A program made the position numbers and the translations under genes. This document shows positions 36,646 through 45,831 of a DNA stretch of 64,000 nt, piece by piece. This DNA comes from a virus. Taxonomy: Duplodnaviria; Caudoviricetes. Within the stretch, counting starts at the first letter, position 1; each line of letters opens with the position of its first letter. A model generated the notes under the pieces. It was not told where the DNA came from. It ran no database searches and was given only the letters and a program-made list of their open reading frames with translations. The stretch covers positions 1,359 to 65,358 of IMG/VR virus record IMGVR_UViG_3300031998_000077. One strand, given 5' to 3'.

Positions 36646-36861
36646 ATGAAACAAGCAAGCCCCGAAGACGTGAAAAAGATTGACTGGAAAAAGAAAACGT
36701 GCGAGACGTGCAAATACTGGAAATTGAGCAAGGAGGCTTGCTACCGCTCCGTACAGCCGTTTCACATGCCCGGATGCCGCAAACAGCCCGCTTGCGATTT
36801 TTACAAGGTCAAGCGCGCCTACCTCAATATGGCAACAGGCGATGTAATCATCCCCGATTGA
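36646..36861 (+). CDS. small CxxC..C..C protein
   Basis: CETCKYW...ACYR...ACDFY. Confidence 0.65.
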   Translation: MKQASPEDVKKIDWKKKTCETCKYWKLSKEACYRSVQPFHMPGCRKQPACDFYKVKRAYLNMATGDVIIPD

Positions 36862-36883
36862 AACAGGCGGCTTGAAGCCTTGC

Positions 36884-36911
36884 GCCCCGGCCTCGAACCG
36901 GGGCTTTTTTT
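36884..36911 (+). terminator. rho-independent terminator of cassette 2
   Basis: GCCCCGG/CCGGGGC stem + T7. Confidence 0.85.
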
Positions 36912-38793
36912 ATGCCTGTTTCCGGAAGACGTAAAGGTTGCCCTCACCGCCTACGGGCTGTAGGCCGTGCTGTTTCGAGATGAAGTAGAGCGCGGCGGCG
37001 GAATACAACATGCAATGCCCGGCGCGCGGGTTGGCATAGTCCCATTTCGCCACAGACCGCCCGTTGACCGTCGATGTTGTTGCGATGAAGATTCCACCCG
37101 GATTCAGTTTCCCGGAGATCGTTTCCCATAGCGCGCTCGCCTCTATGACGTGTTCCAGCACCTCGACGGCGATAATGACATCAAAGCCGCCAGCGTCGCC
37201 GGAAACATCCTGTCTCCCGAACGGATCGTAGCAGTAGGCATCGAAGCCGTTTTGACGGAGCAGATCGGCCAGCGAACCCGAACCGCCGCCGTAGTCAAGG
37301 ATTCTCGCGCCCCGGTATGGTTTCAGGTATCCGGCGATCAAGGGAAGCAGTTTTCTTGACCTCGTTCCGTCAAATTCAACGTCGGTTTCGATGTATTCGG
37401 CATTGTAGACCTTTTCCGCGAACGTTTCAGGATTCCAGCCGCGCATTTCGTTGAGGAAGTAGCTCCCGCAATGCAAGCAGTAATAGTATTTCCAGCGGGA
37501 TTCTTGCGCCGCCTTGCTTTTCTTGTTCCATTTGACGGCGGAAAAACGCGCCGTCGCCCGCGAACAGATCGGACAGGGTTTCTTGTCTCCAAGGAGGCGG
37601 AATTGCTCGTTGATGCTGTTGCCCGCCCCCTTGATTCCGTGATCGGCGATGACGCGCTCACAGGCGGCCATTACCATGTCCGGCGTAATGCTCGTTGTGC
37701 ATTCGTTCCCGATGTCGTGGAAACAGGTTTCAAACCGCTCTTTCCGGTGGTCGCACGTTCCCCAGCACCCATGACACACGCCCGGCGGCGGGGAAACGCG
37801 GTACGGGGTATCGAACTCCACATAGGAATCCGTAAAGCCGGAGATCAGAACGACGGGCTTTCCGCAAGCCCACGCAATCCACGAAAGGCCGGACGGCAGA
37901 CCGATAAAGAAGCTCGCGCCCCGGATGACTTTCAGGCGGTACGGGAGGGGTTTCATTCCGGTGTCGTCCAGCGTCCCGGTTTCCGGCATGTTGATGTTGT
38001 CGCCGTCGATGCAAACCGGGATGAACCCGCGCGCTTTCAGGCGGTCGCACAGGATTTGCCAGCCGTCTTTGTAATGCCATTCCTTGCAATAGCGGCTCGC
38101 CCGCGTTGCGATGCACACATAGGGCTTTCCGGCCAGCTCCGGCGGTATCTCGCCCTTGCCCTCGCTGATCTTCGGCGGCCTGTTGTCCGCGTCCATCCCC
38201 AAGATCATTTCGGCATGACGGATGAGGTTGTTTTCCCGGAAGTCGATGACCTCGTAATCATTTTGCCCGTAGCCGTAGACGGCCACGCCGTAGCGCGCAT
38301 AGCATCTGATCGCCAGCTCCGTTGTTTCCTCGCTCGGCGGCACGAACTTGATTTCCGGGTAGCATTCCCGGTACAGCTCGATGTGTTCCGGCCTCATGCA
38401 CACGATTCCCCGGCATTCCCATTTTTGGAAGAACCGGACAGCCGCCGGAAGCCACGCGGCGGTGTCGCCCAAGGCTCCGAAAGACAGGTCGATGAATACG
38501 GTCTTGCCGCGCGCGTCGAAAACGTGATTGAAAAACCATTTGCCGCCCCGGTACAGCTCGACGCGCCAGCGTGTGAAATACTTTCGTTTCGTGTAGAGGT
38601 AGGTCTTTTCGTCAGGCTTTCCCTCCAACACCCCGGTGTCGTATTCTTCCCCGGTGTCGGCATCTGTGATCTTGAAGAGGAAAGACGGCGTTTTCGCCGG
38701 GATTCCGATGCGTACCCCGGAAACAAAGTCCACGTGAATGCCGCCCTCCGTGAACACGCTTTCCGGGAACATTTCGCTTTCGCTTATGTTCAT
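36910..38793 (-). CDS. Aah/TibC-like autotransporter O-heptosyltransferase fused to a class I SAM methyltransferase
   Basis: GIHVDF, GALGD, PYVCIAT..YCKEW, FFIGLPSGLSWIAW..KPVVLISGF, CHGCW..C..C; C-terminal LDYGGGSG, EVLEH. Confidence 0.88.
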   Translation of the reverse strand: MNISESEMFPESVFTEGGIHVDFVSGVRIGIPAKTPSFLFKITDADTGEEYDTGVLEGKPDEKTYLYTKRKYFTRWRVELYRGGKWFFNHVFDARGKTVFIDLSFGALGDTAAWLPAAVRFFQKWECRGIVCMRPEHIELYRECYPEIKFVPPSEETTELAIRCYARYGVAVYGYGQNDYEVIDFRENNLIRHAEMILGMDADNRPPKISEGKGEIPPELAGKPYVCIATRASRYCKEWHYKDGWQILCDRLKARGFIPVCIDGDNINMPETGTLDDTGMKPLPYRLKVIRGASFFIGLPSGLSWIAWACGKPVVLISGFTDSYVEFDTPYRVSPPPGVCHGCWGTCDHRKERFETCFHDIGNECTTSITPDMVMAACERVIADHGIKGAGNSINEQFRLLGDKKPCPICSRATARFSAVKWNKKSKAAQESRWKYYYCLHCGSYFLNEMRGWNPETFAEKVYNAEYIETDVEFDGTRSRKLLPLIAGYLKPYRGARILDYGGGSGSLADLLRQNGFDAYCYDPFGRQDVSGDAGGFDVIIAVEVLEHVIEASALWETISGKLNPGGIFIATTSTVNGRSVAKWDYANPRAGHCMLYSAAALYFISKQHGLQPVGGEGNLYVFRKQA

Positions 38794-38822
38794 GTTGACC
38801 TCAATTTGTTGTGTTGTTGCTT

Positions 38823-39314
38823 TTATCGCTCGATGCGTTCGATGCGCCCGAAAACCATTGTCTGCCCGCTTGCGCCCGGCTCGATCTCCGCGCCCATTTC
38901 GGTGAGGATGTCAACGCACTCGTCGGCGAGCTGGTTCGGGACGGCTTCTTTGTCGAAGACTACCCCCTTGGCCGAAGAAAGCCCTTGGTGGGAAGCGTCC
39001 AGCGCGTCCAGTCTGTTGAGCGTCATTTTGTAAATGGCTTGCTCACAGGTGGCCTCTTTCAGCTTGTCCGGGATTTCGCGCGTCTCCGTGCCGTCGTAGG
39101 CGTATTTGAACTGGTTCAGCTCGCGTTCGCCGTCTTGCCCGGCGACTTCCTCGGTGAAGATGGCATAGCGGTAGATGTCGCGCGTCGCCGTGCAAAGCCC
39201 GGCTGTCTTTTCCGCCTCCGTTGCGTCATTCCAGTTGTCCGATTGGGCGCGTTCGGCAAAATACTGTTCCGCCCATTCAAGATCGCAGTAAGGAGTTGTG
39301 TACCCCATGTTCAA
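38823..39314 (-). CDS. head-tail connector (DnaT-like/gp6-like adaptor)
   Basis: YCDLEWAEQYF...ATRDI...LKEATCEQA; position after the capsid gene. Confidence 0.75.
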   Translation of the reverse strand: MNMGYTTPYCDLEWAEQYFAERAQSDNWNDATEAEKTAGLCTATRDIYRYAIFTEEVAGQDGERELNQFKYAYDGTETREIPDKLKEATCEQAIYKMTLNRLDALDASHQGLSSAKGVVFDKEAVPNQLADECVDILTEMGAEIEPGASGQTMVFGRIERIER

Positions 39315-39748
39315 TCCTCCTTGATTACGCCAGCTTTTACCAGCTCATCGTATTTCTCGCGCACCTTTTCGGCCTTGAAGAGCTGGTAGCCCTTTACCTT
39401 GGCCTCTTTCAGCTTGGCGCGCATCGCGTTCAGGTCGAGGATTGCCCGCTCCTTTTCGTTGTCGCTGTCCTTGATCTCTTCCTCGGTCTTGGTGGCCGGG
39501 ACTTGGGAACCAGCCGCGCGGCGTTTCCGTTCCTCTTCCGCCTTTCTCGTTGCTTCGGCCAAAAGGTCGGGCTTCGGCGGCGGCAGGGTTCCGTTGATTG
39601 CCGCGAAGATTTCCGCCCGCGTGGTGCTGGCCGGGAAGCGTCTCTGTTCGATTTTGCCGTTTTTGGAGTAGCACACGGTGATTCCGTTCGGCGTGGCGAT
39701 AAAGGGGAAAATCGTAATGTTGTTTGCCATTTTCAACCTCAATTTCAA
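39311..39748 (-). CDS. head-associated hypothetical protein
   Basis: Between the MCP and the connector. Confidence 0.6.
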   Translation of the reverse strand: MKLRLKMANNITIFPFIATPNGITVCYSKNGKIEQRRFPASTTRAEIFAAINGTLPPPKPDLLAEATRKAEEERKRRAAGSQVPATKTEEEIKDSDNEKERAILDLNAMRAKLKEAKVKGYQLFKAEKVREKYDELVKAGVIKED

Positions 39749-39823
39749 GAAAAAAGCGGGCTTTGATGTAATCTCCGCCCGCAGTGTTCAACCGTCGATG
39801 TTTGTGTGTTCGTTCTGCTCCGA

Positions 39824-41041
39824 TCAGGAAGCGGAAACTTCCTGCGTGAAGACAGGCGCGGCCTCGGTGTTGGTAACGTTCACCTTGGTGATGTTCGCGC
39901 GCTTGGAGAGCAGAGCCGTCGCAGACGCTTGCAGGTTCTTCACCCAGCAGATTCTCTGTTTCGGGTTCTTGAACTCGAAAGTGTACTCGCCGAGGATGGT
40001 GCGGCGGATGCCGTCAAAGCCGTTCTCCGTGGTGTCTTCGTCGAACACGGCGCGGCCTTGCAGGGGAACGAGGCCGAACCCGGTCGGGTCAACGACGAAC
40101 GCTTGGGTGTCCGGGATGTTCTTGTCGGCGAAAATCTGAATCATGCCGCCGGTAACGTCGTTGATGACGTTGGCGACGAACGTGCCGCGCGTTTCATCTC
40201 CTTGCACGATGGTAACGTGGTTCCGCATGTCGGCGGAAAGCACACGCGCCTGACCGATGCCGCAGATGATGACGGTCGGGTTGCCGCCCTGTCCGGAAAC
40301 GGCCTGTGCCGCGTCGTTGACAAGGAAGCTGTCGAAAGCGACGTTGTTCGCGTCCACATACAGGCCGCCGGAGAGCGTCCCGTAGTAGAAGAGGCCGCCA
40401 GCCATGCCCTTGACGCTGGTGGTCGGTTGCACGGGGTAGCCGAACAGCGCGGTGGCGTTCAGATCGCGCACGAAGTCGCCGAGGCGGAGGCTGGTTTGGT
40501 ACTGGATGGAGTTTTCGATGCCGTACACTCCCACGCTGATGGCCGTACCGGAAAGAACGACCTCTTTGCGGTAAATCTGCGTGTAGTTGAAATTGGCATC
40601 GGACTGGTGAATCCGGTTCTCGCCGTCCTTGGTTCCCTCCGGCATGGGGGTGGAAACGAGGACGATGGTGTCGCCGTTGCTCGGCATGGTCGTTTCGGAA
40701 CCGTTCGCGCCGATCAGTTGCACGGTCGCCTTGCTGTTGGCGGTGTCGATGGCCGTAACTTGGAACAGGGCGGCATCTTCATCCACGCGGAAAGTCGTGC
40801 CGACTTGGAGCTTGGCGAGGTCGGTGGACGACATCGGGAGTTTGCTGTCGGAAACAGCTCCGCTCACGACGCAACGGTCGCCAGCGATCTGATCCTCCAG
40901 CCACTCATGTTTGCGGCTCTTGGCCGCTTCGCGGAGGGGGAAGAGTTGGATGATGCGGGAATCTTGCGCGATGACGGTCGAAAGTTCGTCGCCGAGGTCG
41001 CGTTTCTGATTTTGGAAATCGTAGGAAAAAGCGGTTGCCAT
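39824..41041 (-). CDS. major capsid protein (DUF5309/SU10-like)
   Basis: KHEWLED, NYTQIYRK..LSGT, GEYTFE; follows the scaffold gene. Confidence 0.88.
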   Translation of the reverse strand: MATAFSYDFQNQKRDLGDELSTVIAQDSRIIQLFPLREAAKSRKHEWLEDQIAGDRCVVSGAVSDSKLPMSSTDLAKLQVGTTFRVDEDAALFQVTAIDTANSKATVQLIGANGSETTMPSNGDTIVLVSTPMPEGTKDGENRIHQSDANFNYTQIYRKEVVLSGTAISVGVYGIENSIQYQTSLRLGDFVRDLNATALFGYPVQPTTSVKGMAGGLFYYGTLSGGLYVDANNVAFDSFLVNDAAQAVSGQGGNPTVIICGIGQARVLSADMRNHVTIVQGDETRGTFVANVINDVTGGMIQIFADKNIPDTQAFVVDPTGFGLVPLQGRAVFDEDTTENGFDGIRRTILGEYTFEFKNPKQRICWVKNLQASATALLSKRANITKVNVTNTEAAPVFTQEVSAS

Positions 41042-41057
41042 AGTAGGTTACTCCGTT

Positions 41058-41846
41058 TTATTGTTGAAGTTTGAGGATTTCGGTTTTGATCTTCATCATC
41101 TCCAAAGTGTCTTTTCTCTTTTTGGCATCTTCGTATTTCGCCATGAGAGCCGCCTTGGAGCTGTTCGGGCTTGAACCCGCAGGGGGCTTTGCGCCGCCCG
41201 GAACATTCGCTTGAATCAGGCCGTGTTCTTTCGCGTACTTGCTGGCAAAGTCTTCAAGTGCGGCTCCGTCTTCCGCCCTCACGATTTCGCCGATTTCGTT
41301 CCGCTTCAAGTTCCCGGCAAGGTACTGGAAATACAAAGTGTCAACCAACGCTTCCGCGTTCGCTCCCTGAATCCCTTTCACCACCGTCGAGATCGTTTCC
41401 CGCGCTTTCGCTTGGTCTTCCTTGACCTCGTATTTCTGTTTTTCCGCTTGCAGTTGGGTAAGCAGAGGCTCGTTTTGGCTTCTCCAGCTTTCAGCCGCAC
41501 GGAGCTTTTCGCGCGCATCCGAAAGGGCTTTCTGTAGCTCTTCCGTCTTCGGCGGGTTTTCCGTGTCTAACTTTTTCCGAAGTGCCGCGAGTTCTTCGAG
41601 GCTCCCCAGTTGCGTGAACTGCTCGATCTGCCCTTGCAGGGTAGATACCTTTTCGTTCAGGGACGTAAGGCTGGCCTTTGTCGCCTTGTGTTCCTTTCGC
41701 TCGTTGGCAAGCGATTTTTCCAGCGTGAACACGTCCTTGGAAACCCATGTCCCCTTGTGCTGTTCACTGATGGTGTCTTCGACGAAATTCTCTCTGACAT
41801 CTTCGGGAATTTCATCTTGCGAGTTGTACCGATTGGCGAATCCCAT
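41058..41846 (-). CDS. capsid scaffold protein
   Basis: LEKSLANERKEHK coiled coil, C-terminal GGA tail, upstream of the MCP. Confidence 0.8.
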   Translation of the reverse strand: MGFANRYNSQDEIPEDVRENFVEDTISEQHKGTWVSKDVFTLEKSLANERKEHKATKASLTSLNEKVSTLQGQIEQFTQLGSLEELAALRKKLDTENPPKTEELQKALSDAREKLRAAESWRSQNEPLLTQLQAEKQKYEVKEDQAKARETISTVVKGIQGANAEALVDTLYFQYLAGNLKRNEIGEIVRAEDGAALEDFASKYAKEHGLIQANVPGGAKPPAGSSPNSSKAALMAKYEDAKKRKDTLEMMKIKTEILKLQQ

Positions 41847-42016
41847 GACCGCCGCTCCTTTCTTGTTTTTGTTCCGGTTGCTGTGTGCGACATTGCACAC
41901 ACAAACACACTGCCGTCAACCGGGCAAAAAAGATTTTTGACTGCACACCGCCCTTTTTCTTGTCTATATACATGAGGCGAGACAAAACTTTTTTCGGTTT
42001 TTTTGCTCTTTTCCGT

Positions 42017-42045
42017 TTGACTTTGCTTTTTCTTGGGTGTATATT
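42017..42045 (+). promoter_or_regulatory. promoter of cassette 3 (TTGACT-17-TATATT)
   Basis: Shares GTGTATATTAGT..ACAGACAAGAAAA with cassette 2. Confidence 0.8.
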
Positions 42046-42102
42046 AGTACACAGACAAGAAAACGAACCACAAAACGGCAGATGCCGGAAAGGAAACACA
42101 AA

Positions 42103-42276
42103 ATGAGCTTCGATGAAAAACTTGAAAACGCCGAGATCGCCTTTGAATGCTGGTTTGGCCGCGAATCGACCGATGAAGAGTATGAAAAGCTGAAAAAGGT
42201 TGCAGAGATCATTGATGAAAATGATTCTTTCCTCGTTCGCACGGCCAAAGTCGTTCAGGGAATCGAATATCTGTAA
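42103..42276 (+). CDS. small acidic protein (cassette 3)
   Basis: GGAAAGGA RBS. Confidence 0.65.
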   Translation: MSFDEKLENAEIAFECWFGRESTDEEYEKLKKVAEIIDENDSFLVRTAKVVQGIEYL

Positions 42277-42308
42277 TCAACACGCAACCCGCGAAAGGAA
42301 CACGAACC

Positions 42309-42626
42309 ATGAACGAACGTGAAAAACAAGTCGCTTGGGCGAAAGCATTCGCCGCGCTCGCCGAAAAAGAGATCATGTACTACGATATGATGAACGACCT
42401 TATGAGTTCGTTCCCGTGGTGCGCGCCTTGGATGATGAAAGCGGACTTTGACCTTGACAAGATCACGCCAGCCGCACACTTCGACGCAGTGAAAAACAAG
42501 ATGAAAGAAATGGCCGTGGCATACGACCCGTGCTTTGTTCGCGCCCGGAAGATCACGCGCCGGAAGATCAACCCGGTCAAGGCACACAATATAATCAAGA
42601 TCGTCTACAAGCACATCTACGCTTGA
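42309..42626 (+). CDS. hypothetical protein
   Basis: RBS + ORF. Confidence 0.7.
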   Translation: MNEREKQVAWAKAFAALAEKEIMYYDMMNDLMSSFPWCAPWMMKADFDLDKITPAAHFDAVKNKMKEMAVAYDPCFVRARKITRRKINPVKAHNIIKIVYKHIYA

Positions 42627-42658
42627 AACAATCCACAACCCACAAAGGAGACTGCACA

Positions 42659-43096
42659 ATGTCTACTCGGTCAAGAATCGGAATCACCAATCAGGACGGG
42701 ACAATCGTTTCGATCTACTGCCACTGCGACGGCTACCCCTCGCACGTCGGCCACATCCTCAAAGAGTATTACAACACCCCGGAGAGAATACGGGATTTGA
42801 TCGCCTTGGGGGACATTGACGTTCTCGACAAGCGGCTCAACCCGGATTTCGGCTACCGCCACACCGGGAACGCCCGGCAGAAAGGCGTTACGCTCGCCGG
42901 ATGCCGGGACTGCGGCCAGCCGGAAAGCGAAGTGCGCCCGGAATGGTACACCGACCGCGCGAACTACAAAAAGGCCGGAGCGCAAGAGGGCGAGGAATGG
43001 TTGTACGTCTTCGACGGCGGCTTTTGGTACTGCTACGACGTGAAAGAGGGGCGCGGCTGGATGCCCGTTGAACAGGCCGCAATGTTGGAGCGTTGA
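42659..43096 (+). CDS. conserved phage protein (MSTRSRIG...YCHxDGYP family)
   Basis: Recognisable N-terminal motif; function unknown. Confidence 0.75.
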   Translation: MSTRSRIGITNQDGTIVSIYCHCDGYPSHVGHILKEYYNTPERIRDLIALGDIDVLDKRLNPDFGYRHTGNARQKGVTLAGCRDCGQPESEVRPEWYTDRANYKKAGAQEGEEWLYVFDGGFWYCYDVKEGRGWMPVEQAAMLER

Positions 43097-43099
43097 ACC

Positions 43100-43303
43100 A
43101 TGAAACGATTCTTGATCGAATACCAAACAGACGGGAACCCGCAAACCCGGCACATTGTCAGCCGGGGAGAAAACGCGCGGGACGCGGAGGAACGTTTCGG
43201 GCGGCGCATGAGGCATTTGAACATTTGCGATTGTCAGATTGAAGTATTCAGCGTTGAAGAGCTGAACGACATCCGCCACAACAAAAGAGGATTGCACAAA
43301 TGA
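43100..43303 (+). CDS. hypothetical protein
   Basis: ORF in the cassette run. Confidence 0.6.
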   Translation: MKRFLIEYQTDGNPQTRHIVSRGENARDAEERFGRRMRHLNICDCQIEVFSVEELNDIRHNKRGLHK

Positions 43304-43557
43304 GCGACGACAAGAACACAAATCCGCCTTTCGGCAATGTTGAGGTTTGTTTCGACGTTGACGTAAAGACGCATATTTCCCTTGACTTTGACGATCTTTA
43401 TTACGTCGAAGACGGGCGGTTTGACGGGGACATAATGGAGGCCGAAGAAGTTCTCCGGGGACTTGTCAAAAAGGCAAAAGACCTCAAAACAGCCATCGCC
43501 TACGCCAAGAAAGAACGCGACAGAATCGCCAGCATACGCCGCGAACACGACATTTGA
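43300..43557 (+). CDS. acidic hypothetical protein
   Basis: ATGA overlap, GAGG RBS. Confidence 0.65.
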   Translation: MSDDKNTNPPFGNVEVCFDVDVKTHISLDFDDLYYVEDGRFDGDIMEAEEVLRGLVKKAKDLKTAIAYAKKERDRIASIRREHDI

Positions 43558-43582
43558 CAAACACACAAACCCATGCTATATT
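43554..43582 (+). promoter_or_regulatory. internal promoter TTGACA-17-TATATT (extended TG)
   Basis: CATGCTATATT shared with the promoter at 28107. Confidence 0.65.
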
Positions 43583-43613
43583 TCAACACCAAAACGAACA
43601 CGGAGATCAGAAA

Positions 43614-43862
43614 ATGAACAAACACACCATTGCTCCCCCGTCTCAAGCTGAACGCAAAACGGCAAAGTTGATCGCCACGTTTGAAGACAACGTTTACCTC
43701 TACCGAACGTTGAATGGGAAATACTTCACCGACCGCAGATCAGGCGGCAGAGACGCTTTGACAGGGGAATGGATTGAACGGCATCTTTATTTCCCATGCT
43801 CGGCGAAACAGGCAAAGGGAATGCTCGCCTCGAAGAAACAAACCATCGAAATCGGATTCTAA
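43614..43862 (+). CDS. hypothetical protein
   Basis: GGAG RBS. Confidence 0.6.
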   Translation: MNKHTIAPPSQAERKTAKLIATFEDNVYLYRTLNGKYFTDRRSGGRDALTGEWIERHLYFPCSAKQAKGMLASKKQTIEIGF

Positions 43863-43897
43863 CAAACGAAGAACTGCACAACAGGGAGGTCGCACAA

Positions 43898-44266
43898 ATG
43901 GAAACCGAACCTATCAGCCTGAATGAACTCACCGGACAGGAATCCGGAATCGTGATCTACGCCGGGGACGGAAGCGCGAAAGAAATCATCGTCTGCAATT
44001 GGATGTCGGCGGAACCGGACACCCTGCCCGCGCTCTCCCCGTTCGGAAACGATCTTCTCTTTCTGAACCGCGCCTACCTCGCCGCCGCAGAAAAAAGCAC
44101 CATGAGCTTTGCCGAAGTCGAAACCCTGCTGGAAAACGGGATTATCATTTGGGATGCAAACAACGATTTGCCGCTGTTCAAGGAAGACTACGAAAGCGCA
44201 AAGTTCTACGCCTATTCCGTCAAAGACGGCGAGATCATCATTATTGCCCCGAACAATTGGGGTTGA
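43898..44266 (+). CDS. acidic hypothetical protein
   Basis: GGGAGG RBS. Confidence 0.7.
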   Translation: METEPISLNELTGQESGIVIYAGDGSAKEIIVCNWMSAEPDTLPALSPFGNDLLFLNRAYLAAAEKSTMSFAEVETLLENGIIIWDANNDLPLFKEDYESAKFYAYSVKDGEIIIIAPNNWG

Positions 44267-44281
44267 CACACCGCATAGGAG

Positions 44282-44632
44282 ATGCCGAACATGGAACAGA
44301 AAACCATTGACTACATCGACGGAATCTTGAAAAACGCCGTCGTTTCCACTCCGTCAAAGGCCATTGTCGAGCTGAAGACGGCGATCAATTGCACAAAAGA
44401 GGCTTTCCCGGTCAAGGCGATCAAGGCGAGCGCGCACCGCCGCGCGATGATTCAGCTTTACATCGGCAAACAGCATGTGCCGCTCTACGAGGATTTCACG
44501 TCCCCGGAACGGATGCAAAAATGGAATGAGATCGGACTTTCCGCAAGCACAGATCAGGAATGGGAAAAGGCGGTCGATACGTTCATGGTTGAGCTTATGA
44601 ACCGGGAGCTTGAAACGTTGATGAAAGGTTGA
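44282..44632 (+). CDS. hypothetical protein
   Basis: AGGAG RBS. Confidence 0.7.
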   Translation: MPNMEQKTIDYIDGILKNAVVSTPSKAIVELKTAINCTKEAFPVKAIKASAHRRAMIQLYIGKQHVPLYEDFTSPERMQKWNEIGLSASTDQEWEKAVDTFMVELMNRELETLMKG

Positions 44633-44651
44633 TGCCGCGCACCGCCGCCGC

Positions 44652-44680
44652 GCCGGGGAATCACCGCCCCGGCCTTTTTT
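44652..44680 (+). terminator. rho-independent terminator of cassette 3
   Basis: GCCGGGG/CCCCGGC stem + T6. Confidence 0.8.
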
Positions 44681-44757
44681 ATGGCCGCAAAAAACCGGAA
44701 CGCTGAACCATTGGGAAGAAACAGCGTTCCGGAAGCCTCACCAAGGACAAGGCTTTT

Positions 44758-44922
44758 TTATGGGTTCTTGGCGGATTGGTTCTTTTTTTCTTGTTCGCGC
44801 TTTTTGCGCTTCCATTCGCGCTCTTGCTTTTCGTGTTCATGGTAAAGTTCGATGAACTCAACGGCACACCGGAACATGAGCGGGATATTCAGCCAGTTTT
44901 TATTGAAGTTTTTGAAGTTCAT
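44758..44922 (-). CDS. 54-aa peptide after patatin
   Basis: Manually translated MNFKNFNKNWLNIPLMF...; AGGAG RBS. Confidence 0.5.
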   Translation of the reverse strand: MNFKNFNKNWLNIPLMFRCAVEFIELYHEHEKQEREWKRKKREQEKKNQSAKNP

Positions 44923-44931
44923 GGTTCGCTC

Positions 44932-45831
44932 CTATCTTGAAAGCCATTCGTCCCACGCCCGGAAGAAATCTTCTTTGTACTCTTCGGCCTGTTTGACGAT
45001 GCCGGGGATTTGCGAAACGTCGTCCAATGCGCCGTCGATGACGCACGGATTGAAATAATTGAACATTCCAAGCCCCATTTGCTCTCCCCAAAACGTCGTT
45101 GCCATTTCGTTTCCGAGCGTTGCTTGCGGGCGCAGAACTTTCTTTGCGATTCCGATGATGTCGAGGGCGTTGTATTTCTTCAAGGTAAGAGGATTTTCGA
45201 TCTCGTCGCGTCCAGTGCCGAGCATGAGAACATCCATTGCCATGAACGGAATGCCGTATTGATGCTTGACTTCATGCGTTGCCGTCAGTAGCGGGGCGAC
45301 CTCGATAAGGCCGCCGTCGATCACGCAATTTCCTTGAAACTCCCGCCCGGCGTAGTACGACGGAGCGGCGGACGTGAACCCGGCGACGTCTTTCAGCGGC
45401 ACGTCCGCGTATTTTTTGGTGATGTTCTCAAAGACAAGGTATTTCCATTCCGTGATATTGAGCGCGGGAATGACGATCTTCAAGCGGGGATAATATTTCC
45501 GGATGTCGCCCACCTTTGCTTGACCGATCATGTCGTCAAGCACTGCATCAAGCGTTTCGGTTTTGTAGGTCGGACACGCCAGCGGATTGATCCGCGCGTT
45601 GAACCGCTTGCAGAAACACTCCCCGGCGCGTTGCTGGAATACTTCGTCGATCAGGTAAAACGGCTTGCCGATTGCGTATGCGGCGGCCAGAATGCCGCCG
45701 ATTGAACACCCGGCGATCATGTTGACACCGGCCAGCGTTTGCTTGTTGTTGGGGAGCATCCCAAGGAAGTGCGCCGGGATTGCGCCGAACACGCCCCCGC
45801 CGCATATAATGAGTATCTTGTAACGCTTCAT
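44932..45831 (-). CDS. patatin-like phospholipase
   Basis: GGGVFG oxyanion loop, GCSIG nucleophile, DGGL. Confidence 0.92.
   Translation of the reverse strand: MKRYKILIICGGGVFGAIPAHFLGMLPNNKQTLAGVNMIAGCSIGGILAAAYAIGKPFYLIDEVFQQRAGECFCKRFNARINPLACPTYKTETLDAVLDDMIGQAKVGDIRKYYPRLKIVIPALNITEWKYLVFENITKKYADVPLKDVAGFTSAAPSYYAGREFQGNCVIDGGLIEVAPLLTATHEVKHQYGIPFMAMDVLMLGTGRDEIENPLTLKKYNALDIIGIAKKVLRPQATLGNEMATTFWGEQMGLGMFNYFNPCVIDGALDDVSQIPGIVKQAEEYKEDFFRAWDEWLSR

Noticed and set aside
44932-45831. CBASS system
   Set aside because: No CD-NTase nearby; the context is holin-like membrane genes
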